Assembly (NCBI GenBank): GCA_964247055.1
Contig: OZ176054.1
Span: forward strand, 12,462,001 to 12,526,000
DNA from: Paragordius varius
Taxonomy: Eukaryota; Animalia; Nematomorpha
Direction of reading: 5' to 3'
DNA: 64,000 nucleotides
Made by a program: the position numbers and the translations under genes. The notes beneath the pieces are model-generated. The model saw only the letters and a program-made list of their open reading frames with translations, did no database searches and was not told the DNA's origin. Position 1 is the stretch's first letter; the number at the start of each line of letters is the position of its first letter. This document shows positions 24,197 to 36,762 of the stretch, in pieces.

Positions 24197-27100
24197 TGTA
24201 AGACGTATTAGTAAATTAATTTATATGACATAACATAAATAATGGAAATCATAATAAAATAATTAATATCAGTATCGAATCATACAGGATGCAATCTGGA
24301 TCGGCGAAGATAAAAAAGTAACAATATGTCTATACAAAAGTAAATATATATATATATATATATATATATCCATAAAATCCCTTACATTACTTCCCCCTAA
24401 GATTAGCCTATCGGGGGGTTGACGCTTGCGCAACGGATATCTTCTTTCCGGGTTTGGGTTTACTACAACACTCTGATTAAGGGTACTTTCCTCCGATGAG
24501 AGGTGAGATTGCGTTGTGGTTTCCGAGGTTTCTGGGTTGAAGGTGGTGTCCACGTAGATTCTGAGGTTAGAGACCGCGGTAAAGGCTGGCTGTCAAGAAT
24601 AGAGAGAGTGTTATCTTCCCCCGATGGTGTATCAGTGTATCTATCGTTCTAATCGTTCGCGTAGCTGATCCGCGTGTTTTCGGCTATTCCCTCCTCGTCT
24701 TGGACTTCATAAGATAGGAGTCCCCTTCTTTTTATGATATGCCCCTGCCTCCACCCCTTATTCAACTCATTCTTTATGTAGATAGGTTGATTGGGCTGAA
24801 ATTCGCGGCGTGGTTCTGCTTCATGCTATAAATTCGGATAAGGTCGACTTTACCCACGAGATAGGGTTGTGTACTTGACGTTTTAGGAACAAAGCTGAGG
24901 GGGTTTCTTTTATCGACGCGTGGAAGCTTGTTCTGCAGGAATATAAAACACCGTTCATGGCTTTATAGGCATGCATTGACTCGCCTTTAGTGGAGTAATA
25001 TTTGGTTTTTAAGGTTTTTATCACTCTTTCTACCAACCCGTTGGTCTTTGGGTGATAGGGTATGGCTCGGATGCGTTTAATATTGAATTTTTGTAACACC
25101 AATTCGAATTCTTTTGATGCGAAGTAGCTGGCATTGTCAGTTACGATTTGTCGAGGGCAACATGCTTTTCTAGGCAATTTAGAATGGTCAAAGTCGAAAT
25201 CACTTTGAGCATTTCCACCTCCACCCAGCGAGTAGCGCTATCGATAGTTACTAACCAGTAATAATTGTCGACTGGGCCAGCAATATCTATATGTAGCCGT
25301 TCCCATGTCAGCTTATTTAAATTTCATCTATAGGGTGGGTTTTCGGGAGCATTGGGTCGGTTGAATTGACATGCCTCGCAATTTTTTACCCAACGAGCGA
25401 GATCGTTCTCTATGTCGGGCCAGAATACGGAACTGCGGGCCTGGGATTTCATGGTATTTAACCCATTGTGTCCGGCATGTAAGAGTTTTAGAATAGTGTT
25501 TTGCATTGCGCGTGGAATTACTTAACGAACATTCAGGTAAAGAAGCTTGTAATAGTTTTGCAGCTCGTTTTTATATATGCTAAAGGATTTGAGAGCCCCG
25601 TCCTCCCAATTGTTTGTCATTAAAACCGTTTTAACTTTATTGAGGACATTATCATTCATGGTAGCTTCCTTAACGGTTTTCTTATTGAGATCGAAATATT
25701 TCAACGATAGAAAACGAATATGTTTGGTGGCCGCATCATCTTCCTCGTCATACCCGCTGTTAGATACGGGCAGTCTGGATAGGGAGTCCGCCAAATTTTT
25801 TTGAGCTTTCGTGTAATATATATCATAGTCATTTTCCTAGGACTTATAAATCCACCTAAGTAATTTCGAATTACTAATGTTAATATCTCTTCGCCTCCCA
25901 AAAAGGCCGACTAAGGGCTTGTGATCAGTATAAATTTTGAAATGCCTTCGTATATAAAGTACTTTAATTTATTTAAAGCGAAAATTACCGCCTTGGCTTC
26001 TCTTTCGATAGTGGAATATCCTTTTTCCGCTATCGAACACGTCCGCGAAGCGTAGAATATAGGGTGTGTCCCTTGCGGGGTTTTATGAAATAAAATTGCC
26101 CCAAACCCCTTGGTTGAGGCATCTGTTTCAATATACAAGGGGTACCGTTTATTAAAAGCCATTAGTACCTGGCGTTTGATTAATAATTTTTTTGCCATAG
26201 AAAATTCATTTTTCTCTGCCTGTGTCCACCTCCATTGTGAATTTTTCCCGCATAACTTGTGTAAATTAGTTAGATTGGGATATAAATTTGGTATAAAACG
26301 TTAATGAAAATTAATCAATCCTAAAAAAGATAGCAATTCAGTTTTATTTGATGGAGATGGGCATTTTTCAATGGCGTCTAATTTTTCATTGGTAGATTAA
26401 ATCCCTTTCTTAGAGATTACATAACCCATGTATTTTACCTCGGGAATCGCGATTTGGAGTTTATCCTTGCATAATCGCAATCCGGCCTCTTGTAACCGAC
26501 TTAAAACAACCCTTAGTCTTTTATCATGTCCCTCGCAAGTGGCACCTGAGACTAACACATCGTCTAGATAAACACATGTACCCGGTACATCCCCCAAGAG
26601 TTTGTCCATGCATCTTTGAAAAATCATCGACGCGGAAGTTAACCCGAAAGGAAGCCGTTGGTACGTAAAGAAGCCCTTGTGGGTAGTAATCGTATGAAGT
26701 GATTGAGACGATTTGTCAATGGGGAACTGTAAGTAGGCGTCTTTTAAGTCTAATGTTGATAATAGTACCCCATTTGACACCTTGGCGGCTAACTCATCAA
26801 ATGTGGGTATCAAATGCGAATCCGGTGACAGATAGCGATTGATACTTACTCGAAAATCGGCGCATAATCTAACTTAGCCGTTTCCTTTAAGGATGTTTAC
26901 AGTAGGGGAAGCCCATGTTAAATGATTTTGCGTGGGATCTATGGGACGTAGTATTTTTAGCCCGACCAGTCGGTCGATTTCTTTTTCGACCAATGGTTGT
27001 ATAGCTAATGGGACTCGTCGACATGGGAAAATTTGGGGTCGAGCCTCTGGGTCAATGAATAATTTAATGGGTGGACCCTTGAATGTTCCCCATTCGTCCG

Positions 27101-28338
27101 AAAATAGTTTATCAAAATATTCAAAAATCCAATTAGTTCCGAAAATGGGTGGGGAATTCCATTTAGCGACGACACATGGTAAGACCTGCTATTTCCTTCG
27201 ATATCCACGGCTAACATGGTCTCGCCTAGTACGTGCACGGGATAATGGTTGTAGCCGAGGTTTACCCTTCGCCTCGCATTCTCTCCTCCCGATAATGGAT
27301 ACCTCAGCTCCCGTATCAAATATCATCACACAGGGCATATTATTAATCACTACTCTTATCCGGGGTGTGGCTCCGCTGGCCACGGTGCGAATTATCGGGC
27401 GACAGCTGGCACCGGTCTTACAAACACTGCCGAAGTGATTGTATTTCTGGCACTTGAAACACCGTTTGCCTTTTGCTGGACACGGAGCAAAACCGTGCAG
27501 GTCACCACGATTCGCACAAGCCTTGTTCGTGATTTTGTTGATCATACTTTCCTTATTTATTATGGGCGGAGCAATATTATCATTCTCACTATTGTTCTGA
27601 TGTTTTTCTATAAGAATTTTCTCTCCCTTAATTCGTACGAATAAGCGATATCAACTATCATCTGGAGGGTTACTGCCATCCTTTTTTCCTATGGGATATC
27701 TGGTTTGAACTTCCCTTTCGACTTTTGGGTTTGTCAATCCAACCAAGAATGCGTCCCGGAGTTTTGTTTGAACATCGTTTTCCAACTGACACGTTTCACA
27801 AGCAGCTTTTAATCGTTCTAAGAAGTCAATCGTAGCTTCGCTTGGATCTTTAGTCATTCGATAAAATTTTACTCGGTTTAACCATAAACTATTAAATGGA
27901 GAGTAGATTTGCATCGCTAAGTTCGATAACTCCTCCCAATCCATATCGTCAATCAGCTTGGGATAAGCTAGTGTTTCTATTTTCATTATAATGTTGATAC
28001 ACCAAAGACTAGAAACACACTCTTGACATTCACATCGGTACATTCTATGTTTCTAGTACTTAGCACCCGACGGATATGACGAATATATTGAGTAAAATTT
28101 ATTGATTCATTGAAGGGTTCCAAAATTAATTTGGAAATATCTAATAGGTTATTGGTCATCACGGCACCAAAATGTAAGACGTATTAGTAAATTTATTTGA
28201 CATAACATAAATAATGGAAATCATTATAAAATAATCAATATCAGTATCGAATCATACAGGATGCAATTTGGATCGGCGAAGATAAAAAAGTAATACAATA
28301 TGTCTATACAAAAATATATATCCATAAAATCCCTTACA
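24197..28338 (-). mobile_element. Decayed full-length Ty3/Gypsy LTR retrotransposon (Mag-like), element 2
   Basis: LTRs 24197-24386 and 28173-28338 (TGTAAG..CTTACA); perfect 5-bp TSD GCGGG; PPT AGGGGGAAGTAA. Contains gag (27651 ORF), double knuckle CANRGDLH..CPAKGKRCFKCQKYNHFGSVC, protease FDTGAEVS, RT YLDD, RNase H IETDAS and integrase HAGH and core (24821 ORF), with frameshifts and stops. Confidence 0.95.
28159..28169 (-). promoter_or_regulatory. tRNA-His primer-binding site of element 2
   Basis: The minus strand reads TGGTGCCGTGA 3 nt after the LTR end, complementary to the animal tRNA-His 3' end (..TCACGGCACCA). Confidence 0.8.
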
Positions 28339-28374
28339 GCGGGCTGCAAAGATATTTCGAAGGCGTGTTGACTG

Positions 28375-29350
28375 CTTTAGTGCCTTTTGACTTTGATTGG
28401 CTTTCCCACTCCAAGTTGCTTTACGTAGTTTCCTTTTGGCGTTAATGTTATTATGTATTTCGATTTAGATCCGTGACATTCAATCGCGTCTTAGGAAACG
28501 TTGGAATACATTATCGAAATGAATCCTTTAACGCTATTAAATCAATCTAACCGTTGTGTAACGTATCCTCTCTGTTACTTTCTGTTCAAATCTCAATTGT
28601 TTGTAAGTGAAGAGTTGGAAGCTCATCTTTAATGAGCCTCCTCTGTCGAGGTACGTCCTTCTTTCGAAAAATTTTTTGCAAATTACTAACAATATTTCCC
28701 ATCATTCTTCTATGGCCTGTAGACATTTCCATAAAGTGACTCTTAACATCCATGACACAGAAGCGAATTCCCTTGTGAACTGGCATATGATCATGGGTAA
28801 CATCTTTGCTACCAAGGTGAATCCAAGTGACCCTTTCCCAATAAGGTTTCTGGAAAGAGCTTTTAAAATCTTTTAGCTTATGCAGATTGCATAACTTACC
28901 GAAATGCCATTGTTATTACCAGCTGAAATCCTTACTTTCGCCTGATCCCTCAAATCAGTTGAGCACCAAGAGTAATAAAATCCGATTATTAACCGCTTTA
29001 CCGACTCAACCCAGGCATAGAAGGACATCATTGATATATTTAGTTTTGCCACATGCAGAACAATCCTTGGAATGTCAATTTGCAGTCAACTACTATACCA
29101 TTCTTGATAAGGTAACCGCAATTACGTTGGCCTGAGTGCTTGCCCTAAAGAAGTATGACAAGACATCCTTGTATCCCTGCAGCCATAACCTCCGCATTGA
29201 CTAATAGATCATTATCCCGAATCTCACATCGCAGACACCGTTGACATTTAGGGCACCGATCAGGATACATATGTTCTTTGGACCTGGTTCCCTCCTCTAT
29301 AATATCGATTTGGGGTAATCGCATTGTAAAGAATTCGTATTGTAGCATGT
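28375..29350 (-). mobile_element. Decayed RTE-clade non-LTR retrotransposon, AP-endonuclease region
   Basis: Frameshifted motifs in the expected order: ILIGALNV, SYFFRAS, NCGYLIKN (GVGFAIK), GNNNGI..LCNLHKL..SFQKP..VTWIH, HDHMPV (SDH motif), RKLRKATWSGKANQSQ (WW..KA.E.Q). Confidence 0.65.
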
Positions 29351-30340
29351 TCGCATAAAACTAAATGACAGTTGTTATTGCCTGAATCATTTTTACTTTT
29401 CTAGAAAATTCTTGGTGAGCTTCATAGGTTTAATTTCACGATAATTACAAGTGTCATATATATCCTCCTAAAAATACGGTTTAAGTTTCTTTAACAATGC
29501 TATATATGGTAACAATTTTATATAAAACAAGCATCAAAAAATATTCTTGTGTTTTCCTATTACTTTCCAGCAATTTTTTATTTTTCCATCCGATTGCACA
29601 GCTTTATAGTATACTTCTATCCAACTAAATTCTATTTACGTCTTAAGGTCCATTGAAAGTTTGTCTGTGTCTGTTGAATCTATGTCGCATATTCCTTTGT
29701 CTTGACTCACAAACTACTCTTGTGATATGTAAAAAAACAGTTCTTTATAATTAAAATTAAGGGTGCAAAATCTTCTTTGGGTTTGTCCTTATTATTAGAT
29801 TGGCTTTCTTGTAAATTCATATTCTTTTGTTTGGATAATCCTAATCTCGGAAAGTCATTAAATGCCAAATTGGGCTGTGTCTCCTCATTAAACCACATAT
29901 AGTAGATAAAAATTAAATTATTCCCTATTGTCAACAATTTATCATTAGCGTAATATGATCAGTTAATGGTAGGGATAATGATACCTCGCAATGATTGTTA
30001 ACGTACATATATGATTATTATCAATTTAGCTATGTATGAACAATTAATAGAACAAAACATCTTCTAAAGGTCAGGTTATTACCATATGTATTTATATTTA
30101 GTTTATTAATGGTTTAACGTTATACTAATGGTTTTTATTACATTTTACAATTTCTTTTTCATACTTCTAATTTCCTCTTAAAAATATAACCATTACATAT
30201 TTTTTAATCAATATCATCGTTTAAGAAAATAATTGGTACTCCGACTTATGGTTACAAGATGTTAGGATATAGGCTCATAAAACAAAACAGATAATAAACT
30301 GAATTCTGGTTTAAAGATATTAAAACAAAGACGTTTTTGG

Positions 30341-31837
30341 ATGGAAAATACATCAGGGGGAGATAGTGTTAATCCTAATCCCCTTTTACGGACCCCAAAT
30401 CGTGGTCAAGACCCTATAATCCCTAGAGAAAAATCACATCAATCTGCTCTCAATTGTATCGCGATCAAAACATCCTCTCTGTGTGGCAACAAAAGTTTTA
30501 CTAGGGAGAAATATGGCAGTTCTACAATCATTGGTCCAAACTCTACTACAATTTTAACTGAAATCGATACTAAAATACCATTGTCCCATTTGTACAGTGA
30601 TAATGCCAAAACAAAATGGAAACATATTTTTACTGAATATGATGTCGGGTTAAAGTTTGCTATTATTGTTAAATCCGACAATCAAATTTTTAATAGTGGT
30701 AATAACATTGGAAATGATTGGAAAACATTATTAGAACTTGTTCAGGATGAATCAATCCCACTTTTACGATTTGAGTGCCCTCTGAAAGATGAGGCATCTA
30801 ATTTGCCATTAATAGTGAGATCATCACCATTGACAACACATGCAGAAAAGGATAAAAAAATATTTTGTATCAACAAGAAGGATACTCTCAATTGCGATCC
30901 ACTCATCTGGGTTAAATCTTTGCGTTATAGCTTGTGTCCTAAACAAACCACGTTCACCGGTAAGGGAGGAGCTGAAATAGACTTGGAATTAAACGATTCC
31001 AAGTTTCAGGAAAAGGTTAATTCAATATTAGCTTTGAAGCACGAAAACTTGGCTACCGTATATCAAATAACGCGCGAAACTGTCCCCAGCCATGCAAAAT
31101 CCGGTATGGAGTACAGTTCAAGAGAGAAAGCAAATGTTTGCATAAACATGCTAATACAAAGCTTTGTCCATAAAAGAATATGTGGATTATACATAGAACC
31201 GTTTGAAATGAGCCTGCTCAATTCTTTACACATGAACAAACCATCCATAATTAATGGAGGCAAGGCCCTTAATTACACCCACCAAATCGCAAGTGGGCTA
31301 AAGTATTTGCATGATAGAAACTTGACCTATTTTTGTCTGAACCCTAAAACAATCCTTATTACTACTGAAGGGATGCTTAAGTTATTCTGTTTAGATAGTA
31401 TGATTATACATTATCTTTATGGTGTTGAAGATAAGTTTGATGAATCCAATATACTTAATAAGATATTTGAATTAACAACTCAGCAAATTCCATACTGTAG
31501 TCCCGAAATGTTGGAGAAAAAGTGTATAGATACCAGAAAAACTGATGTATGGGCTTTAGGGATACTTATTTATCGTTTAGTTACTGGTACACACCCTAGT
31601 TTTATCGTCAATGAAAATAATCGAATTTCTTTTCCTAGTAATAATATAAAGCAATCACTAAACACTGATGATCAATCCAATGGACGACATTTAAAATTTT
31701 ACATTAATTTGACGGAAGCCGCAAAATTATTAAAAATACCCCAGTCCTTACCTAAATCATTGGGCGCTCTTGTGCGTGAATGCTTAACTTACAATGAACA
31801 AGATCGATATTCTATAAACCAAGTATTAATTTATTAA
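30341..31837 (+). CDS. Intronless MAP3K (MEKK2/3/STE11)-like protein kinase-fold protein, predicted pseudokinase, 498 aa
   Basis: Single ORF with LCPKQ (VAIK Lys), LKHENL, YTHQIASGLKYLHDR, PYCSPEM, RKTDVWALG and CLTYNEQDRYS. HRD is replaced by YFC, DFG by CLD, and there is no GxGxxG loop. Confidence 0.85.
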   Translation: MENTSGGDSVNPNPLLRTPNRGQDPIIPREKSHQSALNCIAIKTSSLCGNKSFTREKYGSSTIIGPNSTTILTEIDTKIPLSHLYSDNAKTKWKHIFTEYDVGLKFAIIVKSDNQIFNSGNNIGNDWKTLLELVQDESIPLLRFECPLKDEASNLPLIVRSSPLTTHAEKDKKIFCINKKDTLNCDPLIWVKSLRYSLCPKQTTFTGKGGAEIDLELNDSKFQEKVNSILALKHENLATVYQITRETVPSHAKSGMEYSSREKANVCINMLIQSFVHKRICGLYIEPFEMSLLNSLHMNKPSIINGGKALNYTHQIASGLKYLHDRNLTYFCLNPKTILITTEGMLKLFCLDSMIIHYLYGVEDKFDESNILNKIFELTTQQIPYCSPEMLEKKCIDTRKTDVWALGILIYRLVTGTHPSFIVNENNRISFPSNNIKQSLNTDDQSNGRHLKFYINLTEAAKLLKIPQSLPKSLGALVRECLTYNEQDRYSINQVLIY

Positions 31838-33339
31838 ATAATTAAAAACATCCATAGTTTTTTACCATTTTGGGGGATTGTGGACATATATTGTGCAACA
31901 ACAAAAAAATTGATTTTCACAATTTACTAATTATATTTAAACATACTAAACACCCTTTTTGCAATATAAATATACTAAATTCGGTTATAGGATAAAAATT
32001 ATTGTCGTTTGAATTTTTGCGTCTATCCTGATAACAGATATATATAAGCCGAAATATCTAAATAAAATTTAGTATTAAAAAAAAGTTCCATATCAAACTA
32101 CTTTGACGCCATATTTATCTTACAACATTTTTGCAAAATATCGTGTTGATTTAATTTTAAATCTAAAATTAAAGCTAATTATTTATGTATATCACATGCA
32201 TTTTAACATTTATAGAAACAGAAAAAAAAATATTTAAATTTTAATGCATGTAATGTGGCTATTTTATCCTTGGGTTTCACCTTAAAATAAGTGATATCAA
32301 GTATTTTTCAATATATTTCGGATCATTGATGTTAGATAAGTGCAAACTTTTGCTATGGTTTCAATTCCTTTGTTTGAATATGTAATTTCAAACAGGCCTA
32401 GGGTATCTACTAACCCAATTTGAATCGAGGGACTGAAAGAATGTGTTGTATCCAAGTGTTAATGATTTAAAAAGGATTTCTAATAAATAAATTGCAAACG
32501 TACACGATACAAAAAATATGGAAAACGGGAACAAAAAATTATCAAAACTAATAGACAGTAAAGAGTAGCTAATTATAATATATAAAAGTTAATTTTAGGT
32601 CTTATTTTAAACTTTATTATTTATAGTATTGATTTTTTTATATTGTATAAAATAATTTTTAATATTACTGATAAATGCAATATTAAGATTTAGCTGAAAG
32701 TTTTTTGAAATTAAATGGGAAATTTTACAATTACATACATTTTAATTCTTATATAACTTTTTAAAAAATTTGATCAAAATACATTGTATTTGATTCGTAA
32801 ATAATATTTTAGAATTAATAAAATAAACATTTATTTGCAGTCAATAACAAAAAGTCCCATTTTTTATTCAATTTATTTATTAATAAATTTCTCCATATTC
32901 CTTTTTGTTCACTAAAGTTTAATATTAAAATTTTATTAAATTAGTAAGTTAGTTGATCAATCCGCTAACTTAAATGATTGTACTCGAGTTTTTATATTAC
33001 TAAACAATGATTTTTTTAATCAATTATACAATCGATTGTTTAGTTGTTTAAAAAATGTAAAATGCGGGACATACTTTAAAAAAGACGTTTGGTATCGCAG
33101 ATGGAATATTTATATTTTATACTTAATCATAGTTCCCGTAAGTTATGGATTTTTAAGTGCAATCCTAGGTAATTATCGGTTCAACTAGGGGAAGACATAG
33201 GTGATAAGTACGCAGCCGATTAATTTGACAGTAATTTTAATCATCTGACGTTAAACGGCTCACACATGTTAAATTCGCCAAAAAAACCAGCCTCTTATTT
33301 TTATCATTGAATATATCGTTGGCCTTAAAGAGTAATTTA

Positions 33340-33830
33340 AAGGCACGTATTGCATTTTTTATTGGAACAGAAAAAAGGCTATTTAAAGTCGTTTGCTGGC
33401 TGAAACATATGGTTAAATAGCTCCATCGATTAAAACATGGACATGGTATCGAAAATTTATAAGTTGTGATAGTGAAAGAGAATGAGCTCTGGGGCAGCAC
33501 ACAACTGCGAATCTTATAATGCAAAAATTATTGGATACCCAATCCGAATTCAATCGCAATTGACACAAGGAATATCCACATTAAAAAAAATCGCTAGACA
33601 TTTACGAACAATGGGTAAAACCAATAAACATTTTAATCGGTCATGCAGAATTTAAAATAAGGCCAATACGAAGACGGTTCAAAATCACAAAAAGAAATCA
33701 TTTTTGTTTTGAATAGTGGCGGAAGATATGGTGGCTATATATTGTAAATCCTAAACAAAAATTTGCCACATATGATAATCAGTTTTACTATGGCATTAAG
33801 ATATTAACTGTGAGATGGGCAATATGTGTA
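33340..33830 (+). mobile_element. Decayed mariner transposase fragment
   Basis: Frameshifted translation LAETYG*IAPSIKTWTWYRKF, ARHLRTMGK, WLYIVNPK and KILTVRW follows the mariner HTH, GK..WvPheL, DEkWi.y.NP and Kvml.vWW order. No TIRs found. Confidence 0.65.
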
Positions 33831-36122
33831 GAAGCCGTTGAACAATATTTACAATAAAAAAATAATTTTCCTTCAAATGTTTTTTTTACCTAAAATCGGT
33901 AAAGACTTATGATTGCATCTGGACGTTTAAGTAGATTACAACATAAATAATTTTGCAAACTACATTAAAAATTTATTTAATATACATGATTCCCAAAGAA
34001 ATGTTTAACAGCTTTGATTTTTTTAGGTACTACAAAGTACATGGTTAACCTCAAATAATGGATTATGTGGAGAAAAAAATAATTCTACACAAATAATGGA
34101 AGTAAATGAATCAAATTTTCTGAAATCTTACAAATGTGATACGACACAATATAATGATAGATCTCATCTTACAAGCAATTGTGAATTTTATATTAGTTGA
34201 TATTATGCGACATTCATTTTTATGCAAAGGGAAAATGTGTAATTTTATAATCGAAAAAGTAAATAAATAATATTTAATGGTTAGTAAATTGTTTCATCGC
34301 TAATAATTTGTGCATAATAGCGTAACCATTGGTATTCTAATAAAGATAATGCTTTATTTTTGAAAATAGCATTTTATTTTAAAACTCCTTCACGATTCTG
34401 TAACCATGGATAGCATAATATCACCACTCTAATTTTTTCTATATACAGGCCATAAATAACCTCACTATATATATATATTCTGATAGGAAGATATATCAAT
34501 ATTATCATGGTCCTTTGGTTTTGACCTTTTAAAATAATTTAAAAAACTTATTTACACATTTGTGTCCTCCATCTCAGAAAAGGACAAATTTACGCATCTC
34601 TTTTTGAGCCAAGCTTTTTGGGCCTAAGCTACATGCTTTATTCCAAAATATATCATAAAAACATAACAGAAAAATAACTTATAAAATTTATAGATGTGAG
34701 CTCTAAAAATGCAATTCTTCTAGCATAAAAAAGTTTTTTTAAATACAAAAATTCGGGGATAGCATAAAATTTTTGATATATCCTAAATTAATATTATATT
34801 GTGATTAAATTATTCGTTCGTGTTTAAAATTATGCTAGATATAATTTTTTTAAAAGATTTAAATTCAAAAAAAACGAATCTTTAATATTTTGACAAGATA
34901 TAAATTTTCAGAATCATATCAGAATATGTATAATTTCAGCAGGTTATTTTTTTTTATCCCCGATTGTGGAGGCAGTGTATGGTAACACTCCATTACTTTT
35001 TGAGGTAGTTTTATATCCCGGAGCGATTTGAAATTTAATTATCTCAAAAAGTATTTACTGTATCTAGCAAATTTAAAAATATACTTTCTTTAGTCTATTA
35101 AGCGCTTTATAATTTTTTTTTTAAAAAGATAAAATTGTAAAAATCGTCATCTCAAACTTTTTTGCCATTAATTTCTTTATCTTTTTTAATTGCTTATACA
35201 AAAAATAAATAAATATATATTAGGGTCTGAATATGTGGTAACTAACTTTACCACTTCGATTAAAATTGGGGTATCTAAATACCCCAGACAATTTTTAAAT
35301 TGATATTTTAAAAAAACTACTGAAAAAAACGGTGTAATTCAAATTTATGCTTCTATCCTAATAAAAATTATATAAATAAGCCAAAATATCTAAATAAGAT
35401 TTCGTTTTGAAAAAAAGTTCCATATCAAAGTATTTTGGCGCCAATTCTATTTTAGAGCCTTTTTGCAAAATATCGTGTTTATGTAACTTTCAATGTAAAA
35501 CAAAAGCTAAATTTTATTTAAATAACATTTAACACTGATAAAAACTGAAGAAAAGTAATATATTTTGCATTATTTAACATTAAAGTTAACTCACATGTCA
35601 TGTTGGCTATTTACCTTTGGGTCTTACCGCTGAATAAGTAATATTAAGTATTTTTGAAGTTTTTTATTATATTTCATTTCATTAATGTTTTAAATAAACA
35701 TTTGCAATGGTTTCAGTTTATTTCTATTATGAACACTGGGGACTCTAACTACCTCAAATTAAATCGAAGGACTGAGATAAATTTATCCAAGTGTTAAAAA
35801 GTTCTCACTCTACATTTTAGCAGCAAAAACTTGATAATTTTTGATTTTATCAATTGTTTTAAATCGTGTTTCGGAGCTGCCAATTTAGCAATCAAAGAAA
35901 TCTCAATTTTAATTTTTCTAAAACAGTAGTTTATTCACAAAATGGAATTCTATGCTTATGTTCTAATATGCAACAGTGTATAGGGTTAAAATCTTTTTAC
36001 ACTAATATAATTTATACCCAAAGTATTATTTTTACAGAGTCATATTTCTATCAAAAACTATATATATAAGATTTTTTGTGGACGATATGTGATTAGAATT
36101 CTATCAGTCCCAAACACCATAA

Positions 36123-36705
<583 letters not shown>

Positions 36706-36762
36706 TAACTTATATTTGATCTGTGTAAATTCACAATAAATTATTTATTTGCATATTTTTTT

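Noticed and set aside
28890-28960. DQAKVRISAGNNNG followed by GTAAGT, resembling the Obg GTPase N-terminus
   Set aside because: The Gly-rich Obg motif is absent and the region is better explained as part of the RTE endonuclease relic.
34380-34640. Possible mini-intron gene on the minus strand
   Set aside because: GT-AG pairs of 28-29 nt exist, but every phase combination hits a stop and no protein family is recognisable.
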